From Neodothiora populina (Eukaryota): DNA of 64,000 bases. The stretch lies in the NCBI RefSeq assembly GCF_041146345.1, contig NW_027191413.1:2728001-2792000 (forward strand). The letters run 5' to 3'. A program made the position numbers and the translations under genes. This document shows, piece after piece, positions 1 to 11,698 of this stretch. The notes below the pieces were generated by a model, which was given only the letters and a program-made list of their open reading frames with translations, searched no databases and had not been told where the DNA came from. How positions within the stretch are numbered: position 1 is the first letter of the stretch; each line of letters starts with the position of its first letter.

Positions 1-244
1 TCTTTGCCTTTTTTGCCGGAGGAGCAGCAGCTTTCTTGTCACCAGCCTTCTTCTCCGTCTTCTCAGCAGCCTCGTTGACAGCCTTTTCTAACACTGCATC
101 CTCGCCCTCGCCCTCGGCTCTGGCTCTCTTGCGCTTTTCCGCATTCTTGACTCCGGCCTTCTGGACTTGTTTCTGGTGCTCGGCGCGCTTGTCGACACCT
201 TTGTAGTTGTCGAGCGCCGCTTTGAGTTTGCTTCCTTTCGCCAT
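1..244 (-). CDS. EBP2: rRNA-processing protein Ebp2, N-terminal part (continues beyond the window start)
   Basis: Not in the ORF track. ATG at 244 reads MAKGSKLKAALDNYKGVDKRAEHQKQVQKAGVKNAEKRKR... and stays open to the window edge. It resembles the N-terminus of fungal Ebp2 (MAKxxKLxAALD...). The conserved C-terminal domain is outside the window. Confidence 0.65.
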   Translation of the reverse strand, partial: MAKGSKLKAALDNYKGVDKRAEHQKQVQKAGVKNAEKRKRARAEGEGEDAVLEKAVNEAAEKTEKKAGDKKAAAPPAKKAK

Positions 245-648
245 GATTTTCTATTTCTGGTAGGAAAGAAAAAGATGAAGATGAATTACTGGACTGTAAT
301 AATAATCCTCATAGAAAAGAAAAAAAGTTCGAGCACAACTGAGAATGTCGGCGATTCGCCAAAAGTCTGGGGAAAGTTTTGGCGTCTCGTCGGACTAGCG
401 CTGCTTTTGGTTAGAGAGGGACGGCGTTTAGGTCTTGCTTTATCCCGACCGACCGACTTCTGGTGGTCGGTTGATCGGACCCTTAGTGACAATATGTAAA
501 TACAAGACCTATACGTACATCTATTGAGACCAATTATTTGCATCGATATCAACTACTGCTGCTGCCAAAGCTGCAATTTTCCAGAACCCAGTCAGTCCGA
601 TAAACGGGTGTTGGAAAGATTGACAAAGAAACATAACCCACACACAAA

Positions 649-1267
649 ATGGCTGCCCCTCCCCCACCTCCTCCACCACCACAACCACAAGACCTGAGCA
701 TCCAAAAAGGGGGCCCAGACTCACTATCCTCGCCCTCTCAATCATCATTCACAGAGAACACATTGGCAGGGGTGAGTTTCACCATTCCTTGGTCTTCTGA
801 CTTTCCCATATCCGACAATGATCGAAAAATTAATGAACAAGAACAAGACGTCAGACACGTCGCCCTCGGAACTAGCATCAGCAATCGACGACCTGTTGAA
901 CCAGTTGACGTCGAAATTCACGAACATATCTTCGGATCTGTTGGGTAAAAGTACTGCTTCTTCTTCTTCTTCTTCTTCTTCCTCCTCCCACTTCCTTTCT
1001 CCCCCTTGCCTTCTCTTACCCCCTGCCCTATCCTGTAGCTCCTTACCATTTCCTTTTTCCCAAGAGACAGAAATGCTAACGCAGACGAAACCCGAAGTGG
1101 ACGACATGTCCCGCAGACTAGACACTCTAGAAGCGACGATCCAGTCGTCGAACAGTAAGGCTACTGCTGCTGGCGCTGGCGCTGGCGCTGGCGCTGATGC
1201 CGCAAGTAGTGTTAGTAATGCAGTCGAGGATGATGAGGTGGTCGGTAGTGGTAAGAACTTTGAGTAG
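649..1267 (+). CDS. Heat shock factor-binding protein 1 (HSBP1)-family small coiled-coil protein; exons 649-771, 848-950, 1098-1267
   Basis: The spliced product contains SELASAIDDLLNQLTSKFTNISSDLLGK-MDDMSRRLDTLEATI, the HSBP1 pattern (VxxLLxxxxxKFxxxSxxxxxRxDDMxxRxDxLE). Introns are GT..AG, with a GCTAAC branch point in intron 2. Confidence 0.85.
958..981. repeat. (TCT)n microsatellite in HSBP1-like intron 2
   Basis: ttcttcttcttct... run read directly. Confidence 0.9.
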
Positions 1268-1805
1268 TGGAATTGGGTCTTTCTTCTGTGCTTGCGTGGG
1301 GGCTGTCATTGGTTATTGTTTTTTGGTCCTCGTTTCACGACTGGTCAGGGTGAGGAGGGGGGTCTATCTTGTTCTTTTGCGATGATTTGCTTCTCCTTAG
1401 CGTTCGGTCTCACTCATGTATACATAATAGAGAAATGGAGGTCATGGTGATGCTATAGGCGGCAAAGAAAAACCAATGTGTGCGTCTCGTATCTATTATT
1501 ATGTTTCTGTTTCGAAGTTCATCTGATCATTGTCTATCCTGTTGCCTAACGATGGACTCCCTATGTCTTTAGCCTCGGTGCCTATTGATGTAATTGTGCC
1601 GTGGTATCAAGCATGCACCAACGAAATTCCGTAGAGCCATTGGAAGTTGCCAACCCTCGATTGAAGAGAGGGTAGCCCTGGGAAAACGCCGTTCCATTCA
1701 TCCTCTGCACTCCATCCGGTATCCCTCCGGGGTATCTCCGGACGCTCAAGCGTGATAACCTCCAACCAAAACTCCAAAACGAAAAGAATGAAAATAACGG
1801 AAGAC

Positions 1806-3874
1806 TCAGTACCTCTGCACGACAGGCGTAGGCGTCCCACTCTGGGCGGCCAGTTCCCTGACTCTCCCCATCAATCGACTCACAGGCAACCAGGGAGCCT
1901 GCATGCGCCTCACTAGTTGCACTCTCTGGTCGTCATCAAATGTGTGAGAGCGCTGATGATCAGCGATAATGGCCTGTGATGCGGGTTCCGAAGCAGCATA
2001 GACTCTGTGCATGCATCCATCCGTTGGGCAATGCCATACGTCGCCGTTGTCTTCCTCGCCATCGCTCTGGTCTGTTCGGAAACGGAAAGCTAGGGTTGGC
2101 GGTACATATTGCATGTCGATCTGACTAACGGAAGGGCTGACTCGCTCTTGGTCATCTGGAGTATTGTTGTGCGAGGGTTTAGTGGCTACGTCGCTGGAGT
2201 TAAGCGAGCTCTGACTAATGGAAGAGTCGGCTCGTTCTTGATCATCTTGAGCATTGTAGTACACGGGTGGAGAGGCCGGGTTGGTAGGAGTAAGCGAGCG
2301 TCCGGCATCGTCATCATCGTCGTCCGCGTCGACAATCATAGCCTCCTCGTCCGCGTCGTCGACACGCCTTGTTTGGCGCATCTCACTGTTGCGCCGCTTG
2401 GCGCGTCGAGAGCGGAGATCATCTATCATCTTGCGCTTAGAGGAGGGCGAAGCTTGCACAGGGCCTTTGAGATCGGTTTCGGTCTCGTCATCGTCTGCTT
2501 CATTACCGTCGCCTGGGACTGCATCTGTTGCTTGTCGGGCGTTGATGTACTTTGCTGACTTGGGCCGTAGAGATGATCTTGTCTTTCCTCTGTACACCGG
2601 TAGCTCTTCGACAGAATCATCGCTATCGGCGCTACTGGAGTCGTCGACTTCTTCTTCCATGCCGGGCGTATCGGTATCCCGTGGTTGTGTTTGGTCCAAT
2701 CCGAGTCTAGGACTCCTTCGTGATTGTGGGCGGTTGGAACTGGCTCTAGCCCTACGACTTTCCATGACGGAACCGCTGGTGGCTGTGGTGGCGACAGATA
2801 CCGAGCGAGACTTTGACCGTCTGCCTGTCGCACTGCCTACTACGCTTGATGGCGTAGCTTCGCGCTCCCTTCGCTTTCTTTTAAGACTAGAGGTCGAGGG
2901 CGCAGGTGACTGTGTGCTGTGTTTGCTGGTAGGCACTTTCGGAGGTTGCATGGCAAATGCACGTCGTTTTCTGATTATTGCGACATCGTCCTGACATCAA
3001 GTCAGCCAAAGAACTGAACAATGAGTGCTTGCCAAAAGAAGCAGTCAAGAGTGAAGACGAAGTACTCACTGCAAATCTAGTCTCATAGTATTTGAACAGC
3101 GGGGTGTTTCTCCACAATACATCCTCCTTCCCATCTAACATGGACGCAAAGAGGAAGTAGCGATGCCTCTTAAACACATCCTCGGCTTGAGCAGACGACA
3201 CACACGATTCGGCGTGCTGTTTGCGGTACTAGTCGGAATCAGCGACAAATCATAGAGCTGTGTTACACGACACCCCACATTGTGCTGAGGTAAGTGTGAG
3301 GAATGCAAAGACTTGCATGCCACGTGATGCAACCAACTGCGCAATTCGGGACGTCTCAGGTATTGATAGAACAGGAAGAGAAGAGAAAACTCACCAGAGC
3401 GAACATAGCTTGTGCAGCTAGGTCTGATGGCTTCCTGACCTCCTTGTAGGCATCAGAGATAAAATACAGCAGCTGCACAGCTTCTTCCATGTCCACATAG
3501 ACGTCCTTGTACCCTCTCGCGGGCACGATGGTGAACCAGCCTGCTTGGCCAGCAGCCCATATCTCAACACTCCCATCCTCATATTGGCCATAGGAAAATT
3601 GTGTCACGCCCGTCACCTCTACCGGTTGCGAACGGCCGTAAGTCGTAGAGGCAATGATGGAAGTCGGCGGCGGAGAATCGAGCTTGCCAGAAACAGTGAG
3701 CGGTTTGTAGGCGCCTGCATGGAGAAGATTGATGGGTGTTCGTGACGAATCAAGAGGGTCGAAGACGGTCGCGTTCTTCAGAGTATAGATGGGCCAGTCG
3801 TCGGAACTCCGCATGGCAGGGTCTCGAGGGCTCAAGATATTGCTTTCGTGGATTGGCGAAAGCGGAGACATCAT
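1806..3874 (-). CDS. RFTS (DNMT1 replication-foci) domain protein with C-terminal C2H2-like finger; Raf2/Dos2/DIM-7-like; exons 3874-3395, 3228-3070, 2990-1806
   Basis: The N-terminus (ESNILSPRDP...DDWPIYTLKNATVFD...NLLHA...PLTVSGKL...FSYGQYEDGSVEIWAAGQAGWFTI.PARGYKDVY..MEEAV.LLYF) fits the fungal RFTS domain. The middle is disordered and S/R/D-rich. The C-terminus has WHCPTDGC-x18-HQRSH. Both introns are phase-0 GTGAGT..AG and join the ORF fragments in frame. Confidence 0.75.
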
Positions 3875-4411
3875 CTTGTCTCTGTGTTAATCGATTCACT
3901 ATCGGCACATTGTAAGGCTTGTTAAGGAGTGTCTCATTTTCCAAGCTCAAGCAATGGATTGGTATGGATAAACAGAAATAGCTTAGGTAGGTGGATGGTG
4001 TGTGTCTGACAATCTATCTCCCAATCGGTCACATTTTCGCGTGGTTCGAGAATGCAGAGTTAGAGACGCGATGGCGCCGAGGGTCTTCTTTTCCCCGCAG
4101 AGTGGACTTCTGGTATGTCCGAGTATTATTGTTTTAGAGCTACCTGCGGTATCTCACCATCCTGCTAGTGGATGCGACGATGAGTTCCTTGGATTTCTTT
4201 ATCGGTTCAAATAAGCCGGCAAATCCTGCTGTTTTGGGCCAAGTCCATCTCGCATTCTTGCAAGCTTTCGGCATAATTATTATCATGGTATTTTCACATG
4301 CTTCAGTTGATGTCCGTTATTATCCCACCCTTCAAGAACCAATCTCAATCCCACATAGAACATACCTCCTCACGAGCAAGCAAGTCGATGAGTGTCATCT
4401 GGCGATCAATC

Positions 4412-5750
4412 ATGAGCAACCCTAAGCCCGTTATTGAGGGTGTATTTGGTAAACACCTCGATCATCTCATACAGAGATACTAGAAACAGCTACCAGACTA
4501 ACACCAATCTGCCCTCAGCCATTCACAAACCTACCGCCATTTCCTCGGCTCAAGTCCTTCGCGACCTCCAATCTCATCTGAATCCTTCCAAGACGTTTGC
4601 ACCATGGATAGACGCCGAGCGCCAACGACGAGATCAAGAATCGCACAACCAGAGAGGCAAGAGATCGCGTCGCAGTCGTGGTCCTGTGCAGGTCAAGATG
4701 GGACATGGTGGCACCCTTGACCCTATGGCGACCGGTGTTCTGATTGTAGGTGTGGGCAATGGCACAAAGTCTCTGCAGGGTTTCCTCGACGGCACAAAGA
4801 CATACGAAGCTGTGCTGCTGTTTGGCGCAGCCACCGACACATATGACTTCGAGGGCAAAATCGTCAAGAGAGCGCCTACCGAGCACATCACAAAAGCAGC
4901 CTTTGAGGAGGCATTGGCCAAGTTCAGAGGTCTCATCATGCAGCGCCCGCCTATCTTCTCTGCACTGAGGGTGAATGGTAAGCGACTGTACGAATATGCA
5001 AGAGAGGGCAAGGAGGTTCCGGTGGAGATTCGCGAGAGGCCGGTCGAGGTCTCCGAGCTCGAGTGTCTCGAGTGGATGGAGCCTGGCACACACAACTACC
5101 ACTACCCGGACCGTGAGGCAGAGCCGGAAGAGAAGGAGGTCGCGGATAAATTGATGAAAGTCGAGGGTGGAGAGACTACAAAAGAGACCACGACAGAAAC
5201 GACAAGCGCCGAACAACAGGAGCTGAAGCGAAAGCGAGAAGATGGAGATGAGGAGGCAGCGGGTGAAACCACCGATACTACGGCGCCAACAAAGCGAGCA
5301 AAGCAAGACTCAGATACCACGACGGACAAAGTGTCAGCAGCCACCACCACAGAACCAGAACCTACCCAAGTAGCGAAGCCGCCATGTCCTGCTCCTGCGG
5401 CCCGGATCAGAATGACGGTATCATCAGGCTTCTACGTCCGAAGTCTCTGTCACGATCTTGGCATAGCCCTCAACTCCCTAGCCTTCATGTCATCGTTGTC
5501 ACGAACCCGACAGAGCATGTTCGAATTGAACAAGAACGTCCTCGAGTACGAAGATCTGGCCAAGGGAGAAGATTTATGGGGACCGAAAGTCGTCGACATG
5601 TTGGCCAAGTGGAACGACGAATTTCCCCAGGGTTATGATCGCCAGAAGGTGCCGGCCAAGAGACAAAACGGAAGTCAGCCGAGGAAGGAAAGAGACAATA
5701 AAGATCAGCAAAGGGAAAGAGTCAGGAATTCGTCGTCTCCCGAGGCTTGA
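4412..5750 (+). CDS. PUS4: tRNA pseudouridine-55 synthase (TruB family); exons 4412-4448, 4519-5750
   Basis: EGVFAIHKP, KMGHGGTLDPMATGVL (catalytic Asp), QRPPIFSALRVNGKRLYEYAREG and VSSGFYVRSLCHDLG are TruB/Pus4 motifs. Confidence 0.95.
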
Positions 5751-5956
5751 ATGGCCAACACATTGGATCTCGTGGTGTAGATCATTGTGGATCATCAAAT
5801 CGTGTCCGACACATTTATACGATACCCTTGAAAGTGCAATAGGACATGTCAAATCTAAATAAATCCTGCTTTTTGACAAAATCAAAACGAATGCACAATC
5901 GTCATCGTTCTTTTCTTCATTATAATTTTTCCTCTCGAATTAGATCGTCGAGAAAT

Positions 5957-7162
5957 CTACAACTCTTCCTTGATGCCAGCCTTGACAGCAAAACTGTTGA
6001 GGATGTTGCTGCGCTTGGTGAGATCATCAATCTTCTCGGGCGCAAGTCCACCCTTGCTGAGGAGACTTTTAAGCCTCTTGCTCTCCTTCTCGACGTACTC
6101 GGAGTTCTCGGACAACTTGCTGAAGACCTTGACGTAATACTCTGCGTACTTGTCCTGGACACCAGTCGTTGCCTTGGTGATCTCCTTGGCGACAGTTGCC
6201 AGGGCCTCGCCACCAGTGAACTTGGCGACAATAGAATCGAGGGCAGCGATGGTACCGGCAGTAGCATCGAGACCGCCTCCAGGGGTGCGGTGGGTACCAG
6301 TCTGCTCGTTGATGTAGTCGACAAAGGCTTGCTCGGTGCGGCCACCCTCGTATGCGACAGGTTCCTTGGAGCCCTTGGGGAAGAACTTGATGGTAGGATA
6401 AGACTTGACACCCAACTCCTTAGCGGTGGCCTTTGAGGTAGGGGACTCTGCATCCATCTTTGCAATAACCACTTCGGGTTCACCTGCGAAAGTAGTGGCC
6501 AGGTTCTCATAAATGGGAGCGAGCGATTTGCAGTCTACGCCACAGGTTAGTCATGAGATCAAGGGGCTCGTGAGACAAATGGGGATAAATACGGCCACAC
6601 CAGGGTGCAAAGATCTCCAAAAGCACCGCCTTATCACCGCCGATTTCGGCCTTGAAAGTGCCGTCGTTCCATGTCTCAACAGCGCTGGGGGCAACTGCCT
6701 TCTTCTTCGACTTCAGACCGGTCTTGTCAGTAATAAACCCGCTCAAGCTCTCTAGATCGCGCCCGCTGTTGTAGTCTGAAGGCTTGTCGCTCTTGCCATC
6801 GAACCACTTGAGGGTGGGGAATCCTTGAACACCAAATCTACGACCAAGCTCCTTGTGGGCATCTGCGTCCACCTTTGCAATGTTGACTTTGCTCTTTGAC
6901 GACTCGAAGACCCCAGCGAGTTCGTCATAAACGGGAGCTAGGTTCTTACAGTGTCCGCACCATCTGATCTTGTAAGTCCGTGTTACCGGGATAGGGATGG
7001 GACTGGAGCGACTCACGGCGCAAAGAACTCAACAAGACTAGGCTTGCCAGACTTCAATACGATCTCATCGAAGTTGTCGGGGGTTAGGTCAAGAACTGCC
7101 GATGCAGATGCGCCAAAGATGGCGAGGGAGCCTGCGAGTATGTGACCGAGGCGGAAATACAT
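5957..7162 (-). CDS. tigA: Protein disulfide isomerase, TigA/ERp38 type (two thioredoxin domains + ERp29c domain); 2 introns
   Basis: Signal peptide MYFRLGHILAGSLAIFGASA. Two FAPWCGHCK sites are restored across introns. It has a helical C-domain (YYVKVFSKL...SNILNSF) and ends in the ER-retention signal KEEL. Confidence 0.93.
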
Positions 7163-8373
7163 CTTGAATTTCCGAAATACGAATAGCAGATGAATTCAGA
7201 TCGGAAATGTACTAGGACAGAAAAACACTTTAGTGTAAAAGATGCACTTGTCGATTGTACTTTTAGATACTGTACAGACAAAAGTGATGTAGTTGAGGGG
7301 AGCTCAAGCAAGTGTGGTAAGGTGGTAACTTTGATAGCTTGGCAAGCGTTTAGTGAACCACATATTAGCCTTGTATGTGGCCACCTGTGCTTGATTTGTT
7401 ATCGATTTGTGATTGATTCATAACTTTCGACTTTACGCAAAGGCGGACTTTAGTCATCGCCCGATATAGAAACAAACAAGAATTTCCCCACCGTGCAACT
7501 ACCTTTTACCGTAAGGCGCGCAAGTTCCTCTTCCATCATCCAAAGAACCAATTCGATTGACACGCGTTCACGTGCTTGTTCTTACCACGACTCATGGTCG
7601 CCAAGCTTGTCATGTGCATCGGCACTACGAATTTATCGAGAAGATTAAAATGCACAGGTGCAACTCTCGTTCCAGACATGATCGCCACTGCTATGAACTC
7701 TCCTTCAGAGACTGCCTACACCTCCGACATTTGCGTGAGGTATATGTTGCAGGTAAAATATCGATGTGCGAGCTGCCGGTCGATGGAAGATCACAATCGG
7801 CCTGGTCTGTTCGCTTTTCCCATTAATTACCCCACGCTCGCAAACCTGGAGGTGCCCAGTCTTGCCCAAACCGCATGTCCTACATCAGATAAACAAGACG
7901 GTTGGGACTTCAGATCGGTCCGCTCTCTGAAACTTCGAGTCGTTTGTTCAACGCACAGTCTCAAGGAGGGCTTGGTAGATGCTCTTGGTTCAAGCCTTTG
8001 GAACACGAGCCCAGCCGCCTCTTCGCACTGAAGGATGAGCGAAGCCAAGGCCACTCGAGGTCCGGATAGGGTTGACCTAGGGTAACGGTAGGCACAGCCA
8101 GGTTTTTCGTTTGTGGTCGTCCTTAAGACATCGACCGTTCCCTCAGTTCCATATTATACCGTAAAGGCGCGCCCGCCACTGTCACATTTGGTCCTGGTAG
8201 AGTCCTGCCTTTCTTCTTTTTCATTGTTCTGCCCCTGTGATGTATAGATCATAGTGATTCATCTCCTAAGTTGCAGTCTTTACGCAATCTCTCACGACTA
8301 TTCACTGCGCAGGTGCTACACGAGATCACGTTTTATGTTGTGAGATTGTCTCAAAGACAACGTCACGACCAAC

Positions 8374-11047
8374 ATGACTTCCACACTCGCTATCACCGCA
8401 TTGCTTCTGCTTTCAGTTGAGGGCCAGATATGTGAGTTTACCTATCCACAATGACATTTCTCCGGACAATACTCATGATACGACAGTCAAAACAAATGTT
8501 ACTACAAGTGTATCATTAGGTCTCGAGTCTTCAAGCCCAATCGGCTCTACGTCGATAGTAGCTTCGGCAGTGTCGAAAGTGTCGACTACCTTGGGCTTGG
8601 GGGATTATATCATGGTTGCTTTAGGTGGCTCATCATCAAAGGCTTCTAGCCCATCGAGCTCGAGTCTTTCCGATGCACCTGCTTCAGCATCTGAATCAGT
8701 AGATGCTGTTCTAGATAACTCCTCTCCAGAGACCTTGACTGTATCGACTAACACTATCTCAAATTCGGTCGCTGCAGCGTCTGAAGCACCAGCCGACGCT
8801 CAGGATGGATCCTTTTCTGAAGTCTCCACTATATGGGTCACCAGTACCATGGCTTCTTTTGCTTCAGCCTCCGATGCGCCAGATGCATCAGATGCGTCAA
8901 ATACGTCAGAGTTGTCAGATGCTGCTTCATATTCCTCATCACCGGCAACTCTGACACTTTCAAAGGCGAACCCTGTGACCTCGAACATGCCAGCCCCTGA
9001 CACAACAACATTCGCTGTAGCCGGTGTCTTCGCTAACACTTCAACTTCAGCACTCAGTGAGAGCACTGTATGTTTATTCCCTCACTCTCTATGTTATACA
9101 GATATACACTATGTCGAGGTTCCCATCGCAACGTCGGGAACCGGATATGATTATGCAAGCTCCTGTGCTTCTATCAACCACGCCTACACATCCGCCTCAC
9201 AGTCCTGGTATACAAAGCATCTCACTGTTAACGTTGACACGGAGACACTTGGCGGTGGTACAACAACGTCAACCGTCAGCTATTACAAGGACGCATCAAC
9301 TCTGTGCGATGGTCATCCCCGAGTGACTTACTCGCCAGCCATTCTGGAGTCAACAAGTATCACTGTCATTACTACGCGCACGCCAACATCCACCGTGACA
9401 CAAACTCAATCAATGGGGTGGATCTTCCCCATTTCATCACCGTCTTGCTCGATACAACCGAGTGACTGCGACACAATTTGGGCAGAGTACACTTCTTCTG
9501 TATCGGCATACATTGCGCAACCCTCGCCGCCTAGCATTACGGCTCCGCCAACACAGCCAAATTGTCAGAACGTTAGCATGGCTGATGATCAATCAAGTGT
9601 CAGAGCTTCGATGACAGCCTGTGGACCATGTACTATCTATGGAGACAATGTTCAACTGCTGTACTTCCCTGAAGTTTCCCCATCGCGCGACATGTGCGCC
9701 TCGGAACCCGCTGTGACCAAAACCTGGTATGCTGATACAGGAATCTACGCTTACGCCGGATCCATACCTGCAGGCACTCCGCCTAGCGATGGATCGCAGC
9801 CCGAGACTGCTATTGTCGACGGCAACACGCTCACCTCTGGATCAGCTTATATTTCTATTGCCACAGTATACACAGGCAACCGATGTTTGGGACAAACAGG
9901 AGGTGCAGTGACATCCGCGTTCTTAGCCATGCCGACAGAATCACTTTTGAGTCTTCGAGGCCAGCAGAATCACTTTGAATTCTTCTTCGACCCTCAATCT
10001 CAAACGGGTTATCCTTTCAATTATGCCGATATGAACAAGCCTATCCCATATAGTGCTTGGATCGGCCAACAGATGTGTGAGCCGGCCCAGCCAGGCAGCT
10101 GTGATGTTATCTACGAGAATGACTTCAATCCACAACTCGCCATGCCTCCAGCCATTCGCAAATTGCGACCTGAGTGGGACCAATGTCACATGTGGTATGG
10201 AGGTCTATACGATCCTCCTAGAGCCTTGCAACCGGCTACTGCTGCTGCGACAGCGACCATCCCACACACCAACAACCATATGGCACCAACTCCAGAACCG
10301 AGTTCTGCCTCTCCTTCGACCATCGCGACAGAGACCGCGTCCGAAGAAGAATCACCGTCTCCAACACGGGCAGGTGGAGCATTCACGACTGTTGGAGACC
10401 TTGCGATAGGCAAGAATCCAAGCGACAATAATGCATTGACATTTGGAGGTCAAGTCTTACCTGCCGGCGCAGATACTATTGTCGGGGGTAACCGCATTTC
10501 AGCAGCCACAGATGGAATCGTGGTCAATGGAGTTACAGCCGCATACTCAAATAATGCCCCTGCTGCCACTGGCGACACAAACGGCGCCGTCGTCAGTATC
10601 AGAAACAAGGGCTATACCGTGACTGAGTGTCCCGACGGCGCAGCCATCGGCTCTCAAACCATCACCGCTGGCGCACCTGCTACCACGATCGACGGCGTTG
10701 CTTTTTCTGTCGCCAGCTCATGCAACTGTGTCGTCGTTGGAGGCAGCACCGCACAGTTCTCCGCAGTCCAGGTCGCCGCAGCCACTTCTGCCGCCGACTC
10801 TTCGTCCGCGGCGTCGTCTTCGCCGGCATCTTCATCGGCGTCATCATCAGCGTCTTCATCAGCGTCAAGTCGCGTAGTAAGTAGCTCAAGAGGCACCACA
10901 ACAACACAAGATCAAAGCTCGGTCGTATCAAGTGCGCCCGCGGCGGCCAGTACATCAAGCGGAGCGGATTCGTCTTTGGCGAGCCACAGCATCGCACTAT
11001 TAGCAGCGGCAATTGGCGCACTATCATTTGCCGCCAATATCTATTGA
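8374..11047 (+). CDS. Secreted, probably GPI-anchored Ser/Thr-rich cell-surface protein with a Cys-rich central domain; exons 8374-8431, 8487-11047
   Basis: Signal peptide MTSTLAITALLLLSVEG, then a GTGAGT..CAG intron splicing in frame into the 876-aa ORF. It has S/T-rich stalks and a C-terminal small-residue omega region followed by the hydrophobic tail IALLAAAIGALSFAANIY. Confidence 0.85.
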
Positions 11048-11698
11048 GCTTCGGACCAAGCATCTTTTTCTAATTTCATCCTTCAATCCCTCGTGGATTA
11101 CCCTTCTCTTCTTTTTTGCATAGACCCTTGTTTACTTTGCGAGGCGCTTTGGGGCATCTGTTTATTCGATTACCTGGGGGGGTTTTTAGCATTTACTTTA
11201 GGCGGTGGGCTTTTCTTTCATATTTATGTTATCGCAAGAGCCCGGGGATCGGGCGGCCAAAATTTCCGGCGTGGCGTGTGTGTGCTGCCTCTTTCTTGAA
11301 CATTTGCTCTTACATGAAGGAAATCACAGGACCGAGGCTATCTACTGGGGTTTGTTGATGGAGCCTTGGGGAATACTCTTTGCAGAAGACAGAGAAACCA
11401 AGAGGAAGATAAAGCAGAGCTGTACGGAATCATAGAGAGAACCAATAAGATAGGTGTATAACAAATATATACATATATGCATATATGAGAGAAACACACT
11501 ATGATTGTACTGTTGTTGTTGCTCTTTGGTGTTCATGTTCAAGTTTCCCCTCATATGCACATGCGTGCCTCTCTACAGCCAAAGAGGGGTTTCGGGAAGG
11601 GATGATAAGGAAGCAAGAGTCGGTATATGCCAAACCGAGTTCTCGAAGTGCAAGCAGTAAGAGGGCTTCTCCTGTTGCATCTTATTACTTTACACAAA

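Noticed and set aside
7496..7516. CCTTTTAC resembling U5 snRNA loop I
   Set aside because: It lacks the invariant GCCUUUUAC and the long closing stem.
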